Shown here piece after piece: positions 45,029 to 54,901 of a stretch of 64,000 bases of DNA (positions are counted from its first letter, which is position 1; each line of letters begins with the position of its first letter). Position numbers and translations under genes: made by a program. The notes under the pieces are model-generated. The model was not told where the DNA came from. It saw nothing but the letters and a program-made list of their open reading frames with translations, and ran no database searches. The DNA comes from an uncultured Gammaproteobacteria bacterium (GTDB taxonomy: Bacteria > Patescibacteriota > Patescibacteriia > Magasanikbacterales > UBA922), in NCBI GenBank assembly GCA_964345045.1, contig CAYFPM010000001.1, forward strand, positions 300,215-364,214, given 5' to 3'.

Positions 45029-45868
45029 ATGAGTGACAAAAAAGGAAAAGTAGAAGTCACTGAGCAGGTTCATCTCGGACGATCTTGGAGGGTAGGTGAA
45101 GCGTACGATCCTGGTTCCGATATGCCCACGGGTATGGAGGAAGTGCCGAAAGACTTCCTTGACGATGATGGTGCTACGGAGGATGAGCCTGACGATACAG
45201 AGGTTCAACTGGTTCGTCCGCTCACAGACAGCCAAGTGGATCAGCCTGCCCCCGCCGGGCTGGGCTACTACGATGAGCCTCCTACGGAGGAGGGCCCCCC
45301 TCTTCCTTCGGAATCGCCTGCTGTGGTCTCTATCCCCACCGATACGCTCGTGCAGCAACCGGCATTGAGTTGGTGGCAGATTCCTGGCAACTGGGTCAAG
45401 GTGGTGACTATCTTGCTCGTTTTTGTCGTGGCTCTTTTGTTGGGCATGCTCAACAAAAAGTCGGATGAAGAGATCAAGGCTGAACCGCTTGATCAAGCTG
45501 CCCCGGCAAGTAAGCTGGTAGACATTCCCGATGATCCCCCTGTGGCTACGTCGGCGGTCGCTACCGCCCCAGATGCTGGAGTGATGCCCGAGGATCCTCC
45601 TCGGGTAGCTCCAGTGCTCAGGAGGAGTGGTCCTGATGCGGGAGTGAAGAAGGCGGTCAAGAGGAAGGCAAAGAAACGTCGGGAGAAACGCAAGAAGAAA
45701 CCGGCGAAAGATCCAGAAGAAACTACTACCACCCACCAACTTTTGCCTGGAGAGTCTGTCGAAGACTACTGTGACCGGTGGTCTGCCAAAACTTTTTCCA
45801 GCCCTGGCTTGGCTAGGATTGGCGCTTACAAAAGCTGTGTCAAGGAATTGAAAGGAGGAGGCAAATGA
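45029..45868 (+). CDS. single-pass membrane protein with acidic Pro-rich N-region and Lys-rich C-region; high GC (island E gene 1)
   Basis: SD gaaggagg upstream. The first ~14 codons are AT-rich and then GC rises to ~62%. One TM helix (VKVVTILLVFVVALLLGML). Confidence 0.5.
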   Translation: MSDKKGKVEVTEQVHLGRSWRVGEAYDPGSDMPTGMEEVPKDFLDDDGATEDEPDDTEVQLVRPLTDSQVDQPAPAGLGYYDEPPTEEGPPLPSESPAVVSIPTDTLVQQPALSWWQIPGNWVKVVTILLVFVVALLLGMLNKKSDEEIKAEPLDQAAPASKLVDIPDDPPVATSAVATAPDAGVMPEDPPRVAPVLRRSGPDAGVKKAVKRKAKKRREKRKKKPAKDPEETTTTHQLLPGESVEDYCDRWSAKTFSSPGLARIGAYKSCVKELKGGGK

Positions 45869-46791
45869 GAGCCTTCGTGATTGCTATCTTTTTGGTTTTT
45901 TCTTCCAGCTTGATGGCGCAAGCCTCTGACTGGAAGGACGTTCTGCATCTCCCTCCGAAAGATCCGGGCAGCCCACGATTGGTGGGCAAGGCAGCCGACG
46001 TCATGGGGGCTTTGGCTCACTGTCAGCAAGAAGTCCGTTGTCAGATCTTGGTGAAGGAGGATAAGCCCGGTGGGACTGAGTATGGGAATATGTGGCACGA
46101 GGAGTGTTACGAACTTCTCAACTCGGCCGCGATCATGAAACCAGGGCCGGAAACTTGGTTCGTCTCGGAAAAAGACGAGATGGTGGTAGCGATAGATGAT
46201 CCTGGCTCTGGTGGCCACGAAGGTGCTGTGATCAAGTGCCGAGTAGATCCCAAGCCGGCTACCATGCCCTCTATGCCATCGTCACCCCCACCAACCGTAG
46301 CCAAAGCGGTCGAACTTCAAGGTGAGAGCGATTTCAAGTTCGCCCTCACAGTCGACTTCGGAGTCGGTTTCTCACGACTCGATCCGTCGCCGGACCATTA
46401 CTTCGACGGTACGGTCGGCATCGGAGGACTGCTCTTGATCAATGATTTCTGGGAGGTCGCTCTCCGAATCGACTTTGGTGGGACATTCCGCGAGGGACAG
46501 ACGTGGTACTTCGTACCACAGCTCTCTGGCGGGGTGCGACCGGCCGACTGGATATACTTCGGCGTCTTTGGGCGCCTTGGTGGTGCAACCCAGGGATCCT
46601 ACTGGGGTAACCTAGGATTTGGAGTACGGGTGTACCCGCTCAAGATCTTCGGATCGGAGTTCCCGTTGGCTGTCTTCTTCGAGACCGATGCCCTTGGGCG
46701 TCAGGTCACACCGGAGACCGAGACCCACAACCCTGGCGATCAGGGGCGCATGGGCCTGCGCGGTGGTCTACGCTACGAAGCTTTTTTCTAA
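45865..46791 (+). CDS. secreted protein with beta-barrel-like C-terminus ending ...YEAFF (island E gene 2)
   Basis: Signal peptide MRAFVIAIFLVFSSSLMAQA; Gly/aromatic-rich alternating pattern; terminal Phe like OMP beta-barrels; ATGA overlap with gene 1. Confidence 0.5.
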   Translation: MRAFVIAIFLVFSSSLMAQASDWKDVLHLPPKDPGSPRLVGKAADVMGALAHCQQEVRCQILVKEDKPGGTEYGNMWHEECYELLNSAAIMKPGPETWFVSEKDEMVVAIDDPGSGGHEGAVIKCRVDPKPATMPSMPSSPPPTVAKAVELQGESDFKFALTVDFGVGFSRLDPSPDHYFDGTVGIGGLLLINDFWEVALRIDFGGTFREGQTWYFVPQLSGGVRPADWIYFGVFGRLGGATQGSYWGNLGFGVRVYPLKIFGSEFPLAVFFETDALGRQVTPETETHNPGDQGRMGLRGGLRYEAFF

Positions 46792-46911
46792 CGTTCATTT
46801 TTTGGCGGATGAGATCTTTCGAGATCCATCCGCCCCGTTCACATGTTCAGCATTGCAAATGCTGTGCAGGTGTTGGGTAACGCTCTTTCAAATTTTGGAA
46901 AGGAAAACAAG

Positions 46912-48384
46912 ATGAAGAAGATCGCTTTGGCCGTCTTGGCCGCACTGTTCACCTCCACCGGCTGCGAGGTGGTAAACCTCGGCAGCCCGGGTATGGCGCC
47001 GACTGAGAAGCACTTCGTGCAGTATGACGGCGGAGATCTCGACGCAGGTTTCATCGTCGGCGACGACGTGGGGCCCATCGATATGGGCTTCATCGACGCT
47101 GGCTACGATGTCGGCTTCCGCGACGCCAACCTCGACGCAGAGGCAATGGATGCGATCGCTGACGCCGACGTGACCGATGTCTACGACGACGTTGGGTTCG
47201 CTGATGCAGAAGCAGATTCTGGTCTGGACGACAGCGGGGTTCACCCCGATGCCGACTTGCCGGACGCGATCGTAGACTCGGGACCCGAGGATACTGGCGT
47301 CCACCCGGACGCCTTTGTCCCCGACATGGGTTTCCCAGACGCCGAGCCGATCGACGCCGTGATCCATCCCGATGCGGAGATTACGGACAATGGAATCCAC
47401 TTTGACGCCACAGTATACCCCGATGCTACGCCAGACACAGGGTTCCCAGACAGCGGCTTTGCCGACTCTGGGACTCTGGATTCTGGACTCGACGCTGGGG
47501 TTATCGACGGTGGTGGCCCGCCTGTTTGTCCGGCCGGGTTCATCTATGTAGCTCCTGGTTCGTTCACTATGGGGACTCCGGCTGCAGCACCGTGGTTCTC
47601 CTCGCCAGAAGGACCGCAACACCAGGTCAGTTTGACCTATGGCTACATCATGGGGGAGACCGAGGTAACCAGAGCCCAGCTGCAAGCAGTGTTGGGCATT
47701 GCTCGAGATCCTTCTTGGAACACCGGCTGTGGGGCAAATTGCCCGGCTACCAACGTGAGCTGGGACCTGGCGGCCGAGTATGCCAATGCTCTTTCTATTA
47801 GCCAAGGTCTGTCTCCATGCTACGCTGGCTCTGCCGGGAGCTACACTTTCGTAGGACTCTCGTGTACTGGCTGGCGTATGCCGACCGAGGCCGAGTGGGA
47901 ATTTGCCGCTCGAGCTGGTAGTACCACTGCCTTTTGGAATGGTGACCCAGTGAACTTCTCCTCGGGGAGTGCTATGACAACCTTTGGTGAGCCTGGGCAT
48001 GCAATTGCCTGGTGGTTGGCCAATAGTCAGGTAGCCTACACTCCAGCTGTGGACACGTTCACGGCTCCGGACAATGGATTTACCATGGCTGGTACGCACC
48101 CGGTAGCCACCAAGACCCCCAATCCGCTCGGTCTCTATGACATGAACGGCAACGTCTGGGAGCTTACCTCGGATTGTTGGACGCAGACCTACCCGGGATC
48201 AAATCCCAGAACCAATCCGGTGACCGGGGCTGGTACCCGGTGTGCCAGTATTGTGAGGCGTGGAGGAAGTTTTGCCGACCCGCAAAGCTCCTTGCACAAC
48301 TCCACTAGGTTTGGAGATTTCCCGCATGTTCAGAATCCTCTCAATGGTTTCCGGATAGCGCGTAATCACCCGGCCTGCCAGTAG
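46912..48384 (+). CDS. lipoprotein with Asp-rich HPDA repeats and C-terminal FGE-sulfatase (SUMF1/DUF323) domain (island E gene 3)
   Basis: Lipobox LFTSTGC; GSFTMGTP...TNVSWDLAAEYANALS...GWRMPTEAEWEFAARAG...YDMNGNVWELTSDCW...RGGSF. Confidence 0.7.
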   Translation: MKKIALAVLAALFTSTGCEVVNLGSPGMAPTEKHFVQYDGGDLDAGFIVGDDVGPIDMGFIDAGYDVGFRDANLDAEAMDAIADADVTDVYDDVGFADAEADSGLDDSGVHPDADLPDAIVDSGPEDTGVHPDAFVPDMGFPDAEPIDAVIHPDAEITDNGIHFDATVYPDATPDTGFPDSGFADSGTLDSGLDAGVIDGGGPPVCPAGFIYVAPGSFTMGTPAAAPWFSSPEGPQHQVSLTYGYIMGETEVTRAQLQAVLGIARDPSWNTGCGANCPATNVSWDLAAEYANALSISQGLSPCYAGSAGSYTFVGLSCTGWRMPTEAEWEFAARAGSTTAFWNGDPVNFSSGSAMTTFGEPGHAIAWWLANSQVAYTPAVDTFTAPDNGFTMAGTHPVATKTPNPLGLYDMNGNVWELTSDCWTQTYPGSNPRTNPVTGAGTRCASIVRRGGSFADPQSSLHNSTRFGDFPHVQNPLNGFRIARNHPACQ

Positions 48385-48583
48385 AGTCGCCTCATTTCTT
48401 TTCCTTTTACCCCTCTCGAGTCACGCCCACCCAAGCGCGACTCGAGAACATCCATCCCATACTTTTTTAACACTGATTACGCTGATTTAAATTATAGATT
48501 TCGCAGATTTATATGTGTGTGAAAGGTAAGTTTACTAGGTGTAGGATGATTGTTTTTTTACACAGATTACATAGATTGATACA

Positions 48584-48611
48584 GATTACTACGCCCCGAT
48601 GCTCACTGCAT
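48584..48611 (+). repeat. conserved 28-nt hairpin CCCCGA(T/C)GCTCACTGCATTCGGTCGGGG (copy 1)
   Basis: 7-bp GC stem and identical 14-nt loop; ~65 nt upstream of the GT2 cluster. Confidence 0.6.
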
Positions 48612-48676
48612 TCGGTCGGGGTAGGCAGATTAGTTGGTTTGTTTTTTACCTTTTTTTACGATAGTATAATTACATT

Positions 48677-49453
48677 ATGGATTTATCTATAATTACAGTA
48701 ACTTGGAATTCCGAAAAATATATAGCAGACCAAATTAGGTCTGTTGTTTTGGCTGCAGAGAATTTGGATTATGAGCAAATAATTGTCGATAACAATTCCT
48801 CTGATAAAACAATAGAGTTGGTAGAAAAAAAATTTCCAAATACAAAATTAATAAAAAACAAAAAAAATTTTGGTTTTGCCAAAGCCAATAATCAAGCATA
48901 CAAAATAGCCAAAGGTGAATTTGTCTTGTTTCTTAATCCAGATATGAAAGCAGAAGAGGGGACTATACAAAAAATGATAAATTGGATGAAAGAAAACAAA
49001 GATGTAGGGATACTTTCACCAAAACTTTTGGATGAAAATAAAAAACTAGATCCAACAGCTACCCCAAGAAGATTTCCAACTTTGTTTGACCAGCTATTAA
49101 TTTTTTTCAAAATACCTCGATGGTTCCCAAAAATTTTGGATAAATATCTTGGCCGAGATTTGGATTTGGAACAAGTACAAATAGTAGATTCTGTGCAAGG
49201 AGCATTTATGTTGGTAAAAAAAGAATTGCTAGACCAAATTGGTTTTGCTTTTGATGAAAGATATTTTATCTGGTTCGAAGACGTAGACCTGTGCAGAGAA
49301 ATAAAAAAATTAGGCTACAAAGTGGTTTACAACCCAACTTGGTCGGCTACAAATTTTGGTGGCAAAAGTTTTGCCAAAAGAAATTTATTTTGGAAGCAGA
49401 TTAGATTTTTTAGAAGTGCTTTAACTTATTTTGTAAAATGGGGATTGAAGTAG
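48677..49453 (+). CDS. GT2-family glycosyltransferase
   Basis: ITVTWNSEKY..., DNNSSD, DxD region. Confidence 0.8.
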   Translation: MDLSIITVTWNSEKYIADQIRSVVLAAENLDYEQIIVDNNSSDKTIELVEKKFPNTKLIKNKKNFGFAKANNQAYKIAKGEFVLFLNPDMKAEEGTIQKMINWMKENKDVGILSPKLLDENKKLDPTATPRRFPTLFDQLLIFFKIPRWFPKILDKYLGRDLDLEQVQIVDSVQGAFMLVKKELLDQIGFAFDERYFIWFEDVDLCREIKKLGYKVVYNPTWSATNFGGKSFAKRNLFWKQIRFFRSALTYFVKWGLK

Positions 49454-49454
49454 T

Positions 49455-50456
49455 ATGAAAGTTGTGATTTCATTAGTTACCTGGAATGGAGAAAAGTATT
49501 TTCCTTATCTTTTTGATTCTCTAAAAAAACAAACTTACCAAAATTGGAGTTTGCAGATTTTGGATAATGGATCCCAAGATAAAACTGTTGAATTTTTGGA
49601 AAAGGAATGTTCAGAAATCAGCCAGAAATATTCAATAGAAAAAAACAAAAAAAATTTGGGTTTTGCTAGCGGTTACAACCAACTTTTGCAAAAATCAAAC
49701 GCTGATTACAACATAATTATAAATCAAGATTTATTTTTAGCAGAAAATTGTTTGGAAAAATTAATTTCTTTTGCAGACAAACAAGAAGACACTGCAACAC
49801 TATCTCCCAGACTAATGAAGTGGAATTTTCCAAATGATTTTTCTGAAATAGTAGACTCTTTGGGGTTGCAAGTTTTTGGTAATAGAAGAATAGTTGAAAA
49901 AGAAACAGGTGAAAGATGGGATGATAAAAAAATGGAGGTTAAACAAGTATTTGGCTTGTCTGGAACATTTTGTCTGTTCAAAAAAGAAACTTTGGAAAAA
50001 ATAAAAATAAATAATGAAATTTTTGATGAATCATTTGGTTCTTACAAAGAAGATGTGGATTTGGCTTATCGTTTGAATTCTTTGGGATTAAAAAACTATG
50101 TGGTAGAAGAAGCTGTCGCTTACCACGATCGTTCGGTAGGAATAAAAAATTATAGTGACAAAAATGCTGCCAATAATAAAAACAAACAAGATAATAAAGT
50201 AAAATACAATAGTTACAAAAATCATTTGATAACTTTGTACAAAAATGAATATTGGCAAAATGTAATAATGGATTTTCCTTTTGTATTGTGGTATGAGTTG
50301 AAAAAGTTTATATGGTTTTTGTTGTTTGATAGAGATGTGTTGAAAGGATTAATTGAGATTTGGAGAGAAAGAAAAAGTTTAAAAACAAAAAGAAAACAAA
50401 TAAAAGCTAATAGAAAAGTTGATTGGAAAGCAGTAAGAAAGAATTTTAAATTATGA
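49455..50456 (+). CDS. GT2-family glycosyltransferase
   Basis: GT-A fold N-terminus LVTWNGEKY..LDNGSQD. Confidence 0.75.
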   Translation: MKVVISLVTWNGEKYFPYLFDSLKKQTYQNWSLQILDNGSQDKTVEFLEKECSEISQKYSIEKNKKNLGFASGYNQLLQKSNADYNIIINQDLFLAENCLEKLISFADKQEDTATLSPRLMKWNFPNDFSEIVDSLGLQVFGNRRIVEKETGERWDDKKMEVKQVFGLSGTFCLFKKETLEKIKINNEIFDESFGSYKEDVDLAYRLNSLGLKNYVVEEAVAYHDRSVGIKNYSDKNAANNKNKQDNKVKYNSYKNHLITLYKNEYWQNVIMDFPFVLWYELKKFIWFLLFDRDVLKGLIEIWRERKSLKTKRKQIKANRKVDWKAVRKNFKL

Positions 50457-51298
50457 AGGATTTAAATATTACATTTGTAAATTATCTAAGCAAAGATAGT
50501 TTGTTGAAAGCTCTCGAATCCGTCGAAGCAGATCTTGGTTATAGCAAGTTGGATGTATCTATAAATGTAGTGGATAATTCTTTGGATCAAGATAATTTAC
50601 AACAAGAAATTAAAAAAAGATTTAAAAAAGTAAATTATCTAAAACCGGAAAAAAATTTAGGTTTTGGACAAGGAACAACTTTGGGATTTAAAAATGTAGA
50701 AGCAAAATATTATCTAGCTTTGAATCCAGATATAATTATTCCAAAAAATAGTGATGTTATAAAAAGATTGGTTGAATTTATGGAGGCCAAACCAAAAATT
50801 GGTTGTATTGGACCAAAATTAATAAATACAAAAGGTGAAATTCAAGAAGCTTGTTATAGATTTGATTTTTGGGCCATAGCAAGCAAACCACTTAAGCAAC
50901 TAAATTTTGATAAAAAGTTCAAAAGAGTAAAAAGACAGATTGATAGATTGCTTATGAGTGACTTTTCCCACAATGAAACCAGACCAGTGGATTGGGTAAT
51001 GGGAGCTGCCATGCTGGTAAGAAAAGAAGTGATAGATCAAGTAGGTTGGTTTGATAGTAGATATTTTATGTATATGGAAGATTGCGATTGGTGTCATACT
51101 ATGTGGGAGAACAATTGGCCGGTGTATTTTGTACACGATATTACAATAGAACACAGACACAATCGAGAATCTGCCAAAATTCCTGGTTTGATAAAACCAC
51201 TTTTTACCAACAAATTAGCCAGAATTCATTTAAAAAGTTGGTTGCAATATATGTGGAAATGGAGAAAAAAACATAAATATTATGGAAAAGTTTCCTAA
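50453..51298 (+). CDS. GT2-family glycosyltransferase
   Basis: GT-A fold; translationally coupled. Confidence 0.7.
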   Translation: MKDLNITFVNYLSKDSLLKALESVEADLGYSKLDVSINVVDNSLDQDNLQQEIKKRFKKVNYLKPEKNLGFGQGTTLGFKNVEAKYYLALNPDIIIPKNSDVIKRLVEFMEAKPKIGCIGPKLINTKGEIQEACYRFDFWAIASKPLKQLNFDKKFKRVKRQIDRLLMSDFSHNETRPVDWVMGAAMLVRKEVIDQVGWFDSRYFMYMEDCDWCHTMWENNWPVYFVHDITIEHRHNRESAKIPGLIKPLFTNKLARIHLKSWLQYMWKWRKKHKYYGKVS

Positions 51299-52379
51299 AG
51301 TAGCAATTATTTATTTGGCATATAATTCGGAAAAATATCTCGATGATGTGGTTTTGGCTTTGCAAAAATTAAATTATCCAAAAGAAAAAATTGAGTTTGT
51401 AGTAGTAGACAATCCTCACCCAGAGTTTGGCCTTAGTCAAAAATCTGTGGAAGAAAAATTATTACCAAAGTCTGGTAAAGAAATTCCACGTGTAACTTAT
51501 TTGCCGCAAGAAAAAAACCTTGGTTTTGCCGGAGGAATTAACAAAGGATTAAAGTGGGCGATGGCAAATAATTTTGCTTATGCTTATTTGCATAACGACG
51601 ATGCTTATGTGGGAGAAAATGCTATTTTGCCATTGGTAGAAGAATTAGAAAAAGACAACAAAATAGCTTTGGCACAATCTTTAATAATGCTTCATCCCAA
51701 AACTAATTTGGTAAACAATGCTGGTAATTGTTTTCATTATTTGGGTTTTGGTTATAGTGATGAATACAAAACTGATAAAGAAAAAATAAGTAAAAAAGTA
51801 AAAGAGGTTGGTTATATTAGTGGGGCGGCTTGTATGATAAGGGTTCCTCTTTTGGAAAAGTATGGCCTTTTGGACGAAGATTTTTTTATGTATCACGAAG
51901 ATATGGATTGGACATTAAGATACCGAACCCAAGGTTATAAGTCTATTTTGGTTCCCGAATCAACTTTTTATCACAAGTATAATTTTAGTCGTAGTATTGG
52001 CAAATACTATTATATGGAAAGAAATAGATTTGCTGTAATGTTGCTTTATTATAAAATTCCAACTATAATTTTGCTTTTGCCAATTTTGATTTTATTAGAA
52101 GTAGGTCTTTTGTTTTTTGCTTACAAAGGTGGTTGGTTTCCCAAAAAAATAGCGGTTTATAAATATTGGTTAAATACAAATAATTTAAAAACTTGGTTAG
52201 CTAAAAGAAAGAAAATTCAAAAAGAAAGATTGATAACAGATAGAGATTTATTAAAATATTCTGTTTCGGGGATACACTTCCAAGATGAAGAAGTAGAAAA
52301 ACCAGCTCTAAAATATATTGCCAATCCGGTAATGAGACTATATCATCTAGCAGTTGTTAAATTGTTGATTTGGTGGTAG
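51282..52379 (+). CDS. GT2-family glycosyltransferase with C-terminal TM segment
   Basis: IIYLAYNSEKY..VDNPHP; C-terminal hydrophobic helices. Confidence 0.7.
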   Translation: MEKFPKVAIIYLAYNSEKYLDDVVLALQKLNYPKEKIEFVVVDNPHPEFGLSQKSVEEKLLPKSGKEIPRVTYLPQEKNLGFAGGINKGLKWAMANNFAYAYLHNDDAYVGENAILPLVEELEKDNKIALAQSLIMLHPKTNLVNNAGNCFHYLGFGYSDEYKTDKEKISKKVKEVGYISGAACMIRVPLLEKYGLLDEDFFMYHEDMDWTLRYRTQGYKSILVPESTFYHKYNFSRSIGKYYYMERNRFAVMLLYYKIPTIILLLPILILLEVGLLFFAYKGGWFPKKIAVYKYWLNTNNLKTWLAKRKKIQKERLITDRDLLKYSVSGIHFQDEEVEKPALKYIANPVMRLYHLAVVKLLIWW

Positions 52380-52399
52380 GTTTATATAAACAAAATATT

Positions 52400-53485
52400 A
52401 TGATTAAAAAAGCTATTCTAACCGGTGGTGGTAGAGCAACTAGATTGCATCCTATTACTACTACGACCAACAAACATTTACTGCCTCTGGCTAACAAAGC
52501 CATGATTGTTCATGCTATAGAAAAAGTGAGAGATGCCGGCATAGAAGAAATTTTTATAAATACCAATCCTGGAGAAAAATCTTTGCAAGAATTTTTGGGA
52601 GATGGTAGCAAGTTTGGAGTAAAAATAAAATTTTTTGAACAAAATGGGGGACCTCAAGGCATTGCTCATGTGGTAAACGAGGCCAAAGAATTTATTGGCG
52701 ATGATCCGTTTATGTTTTATTTGTCGGACAATATTTTGCTTGGAGGAGTAAAAGAAATGGTAGAGGATTTTAATCAAGGAGATTATGATTGTATGTTGGC
52801 TTTGTCCGAAGTAACTGATCCTCAAAGATTTGGTGTACCATATTTTGGAGAGAATGGAGAATTGCTCGATGTAATAGAAAAACCAGAAAATCCACCAAAT
52901 AATTTGGCTGTAACAGGAATTTATCTATATGGGCCTCGAATGTTTTTTGATACTTTTCAAAATATAGAAAAAAGCGATAGGGGAGAATATGAAATATCTT
53001 CAATTCATTCACACTTTTTGAAAAATAATAAAAAAGTTGGTTACAAAGAAATCACTGGTTGGTGGAAAGATACTGGCAAAAAAAATGATTTGATTATTGC
53101 CAATCGTTTGCTTTTGGAAGCTATGTCAGATAATGAATTTTCTATAGATGTGGAGTTGGAAGAAGATACTGTGATTGAAGGAAACGTGGCCATAGGCAAA
53201 GGAACAATAATAGGTAAAAATGTAAAAATAATAGGACCGGTGGTGATTGGAGAGAACTGTGTTTTGGAAAATTGTGTTGTGGGTAGTGATGTGTCTGTGG
53301 AAAAAGGAGTAGAAATAAAAAAAGCTACGATAACTAATTCGGTTGTGTTGAGTAATGCCAAGCTAAATTGTAATAAAAAAATTACCGATAGCATGATCGG
53401 TAGATTGGTAGAATTGGTAGACGCAGAAGAAAAAACTGACGAATACAAAATGATTTTGGGAGACAAAACAGTAATAGAGTTTTAG
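52400..53485 (+). CDS. sugar-1-phosphate nucleotidyltransferase (RmlA-like) with C-terminal left-handed beta-helix
   Basis: LTGGGRATRLHP signature; hexapeptide repeats in the C-terminal third. Confidence 0.75.
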   Translation: MIKKAILTGGGRATRLHPITTTTNKHLLPLANKAMIVHAIEKVRDAGIEEIFINTNPGEKSLQEFLGDGSKFGVKIKFFEQNGGPQGIAHVVNEAKEFIGDDPFMFYLSDNILLGGVKEMVEDFNQGDYDCMLALSEVTDPQRFGVPYFGENGELLDVIEKPENPPNNLAVTGIYLYGPRMFFDTFQNIEKSDRGEYEISSIHSHFLKNNKKVGYKEITGWWKDTGKKNDLIIANRLLLEAMSDNEFSIDVELEEDTVIEGNVAIGKGTIIGKNVKIIGPVVIGENCVLENCVVGSDVSVEKGVEIKKATITNSVVLSNAKLNCNKKITDSMIGRLVELVDAEEKTDEYKMILGDKTVIEF

Positions 53486-54816
53486 ATACTCATGGCAAAC
53501 AAACCAAATTTTTCATCTATTTGACCAAGAAAAACAAGCTTATTTTCCTCTTGATAAAAAGAGGAATTTTTAATATTTCCCTCGTATAATTTTTGAGAGA
53601 TAAAGTAACCAGGATTAAAGGCTAATAATTCTTGGTTTTTTCTAATGAAGAGTACCCCGAATTGATCAAGAGGACTAATCTCTTGCATAGCTTCTCCGGT
53701 TCGGATTAATGATTCTGTATTTCCATCATTGTAAACAGTCCACAATTCCCAAGGAGACCAAATCAACCATTCATCATTATTTTTGTTGTAGACAATTTTG
53801 GAAGCTTCTGTAGTCTGAGTATGTCCATCTTTTTTAATTGTATAAAATCGGTTATCTGATTGTAAAATATTTCTATTTTCAGAGATTTCAATAATAGAGT
53901 TTGGATTTACAAAAGGAGGAATGCTTTTGTGTTCTTCATTTTTTGAAAGATTTTCCAAGCTGTTTTTTTCGGAGTTGTATATCCAGATGTTGCTTTTGGA
54001 ATCTAGCCCCCAGACTATGTCTCTATTTGGCAACGATAATATTTTTTTCTTATCTCCATTTTTTAATTCAATTATATCCAAATTTTCTTGTACATATAGA
54101 GTTTGTTCATCACTGTTTTTGGACCATTTGTAGTTTGTTTTGTAATCGTCTAGAGAAATAGTATAAGTTTCCAGCTCCAAAGGTTTTTCTGGATCAAGTA
54201 AAGTTATGTTTTGTAAGTTTTTTGATTCTCGAATAATAAAAGCAGTATCAACAAAAGGTGACCATTCAATTTTGCTGGCGTTTTGTTTGGACAATCGGGT
54301 TATTGTTTTTGTTTCGTTTTTTGCAATGTCGTACAAGTCTATAGTTTCTACGCCTTGTTTTGTTTTTTGGAGTAGAATATATTTTCCAGAAGGGGAAGTT
54401 TTGTAATCTGTCAAAGTATTTTTTTCTATTTCCAAAAGTAGTTTTGGTTCAGTTTTTTTATAAAGTTTAATATTTTTTACAAAAGTAGTTTGTTTGCTGT
54501 TTACAATTATATCTTTTTCCCATGGCAAATAATTATCTTTTTCAATTTTGAGTTTGTATGTTCCGGGAGCGCGATTGGTCAACCTGATCGGAATTTCTTT
54601 TTTTATTCTGATATCGTTTATATAAACACGAGCATCTGTAGGTTCTACGTCTATACTTATAACTCCGGTTTGTCTGACTTGTTTGGTAGCAAAGTCATAC
54701 CTGTAACCGGCGGTATATAGGATAATAAGTGGGGCGGACACCAAAAAAACAATAATAAGAAATATCATAATTGCTCTTCTGATCGGTCTGGTTAGAAATA
54801 TATCGGGATAAGACAT
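53482..54816 (-). CDS. membrane-anchored PEGA-domain protein with beta-propeller-like C-terminal region
   Basis: N-terminal TM helix; PEGA: ISIDVEPTDARVYINDIRIK...GTYKLKIEKDNYLPWEKDIIV. Confidence 0.5.
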   Translation of the reverse strand: MSYPDIFLTRPIRRAIMIFLIIVFLVSAPLIILYTAGYRYDFATKQVRQTGVISIDVEPTDARVYINDIRIKKEIPIRLTNRAPGTYKLKIEKDNYLPWEKDIIVNSKQTTFVKNIKLYKKTEPKLLLEIEKNTLTDYKTSPSGKYILLQKTKQGVETIDLYDIAKNETKTITRLSKQNASKIEWSPFVDTAFIIRESKNLQNITLLDPEKPLELETYTISLDDYKTNYKWSKNSDEQTLYVQENLDIIELKNGDKKKILSLPNRDIVWGLDSKSNIWIYNSEKNSLENLSKNEEHKSIPPFVNPNSIIEISENRNILQSDNRFYTIKKDGHTQTTEASKIVYNKNNDEWLIWSPWELWTVYNDGNTESLIRTGEAMQEISPLDQFGVLFIRKNQELLAFNPGYFISQKLYEGNIKNSSFYQEENKLVFLGQIDEKFGLFAMSI

Positions 54817-54901
54817 GTTTTTTGGCTTATTTTTCTAGGTTGTAATCTACAACAGTTTCCTGTATGATAATACCATATTTTTCGCTAAAATCAAGCATTT
54901 T

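Noticed and set aside
46843-48384. A complete diversity-generating retroelement around the FGE-sulfatase lipoprotein
   Set aside because: There is no reverse transcriptase ORF and no template-repeat copy of the gene's 3' end anywhere in the window. Kept only as a hypothesis to test genome-wide.
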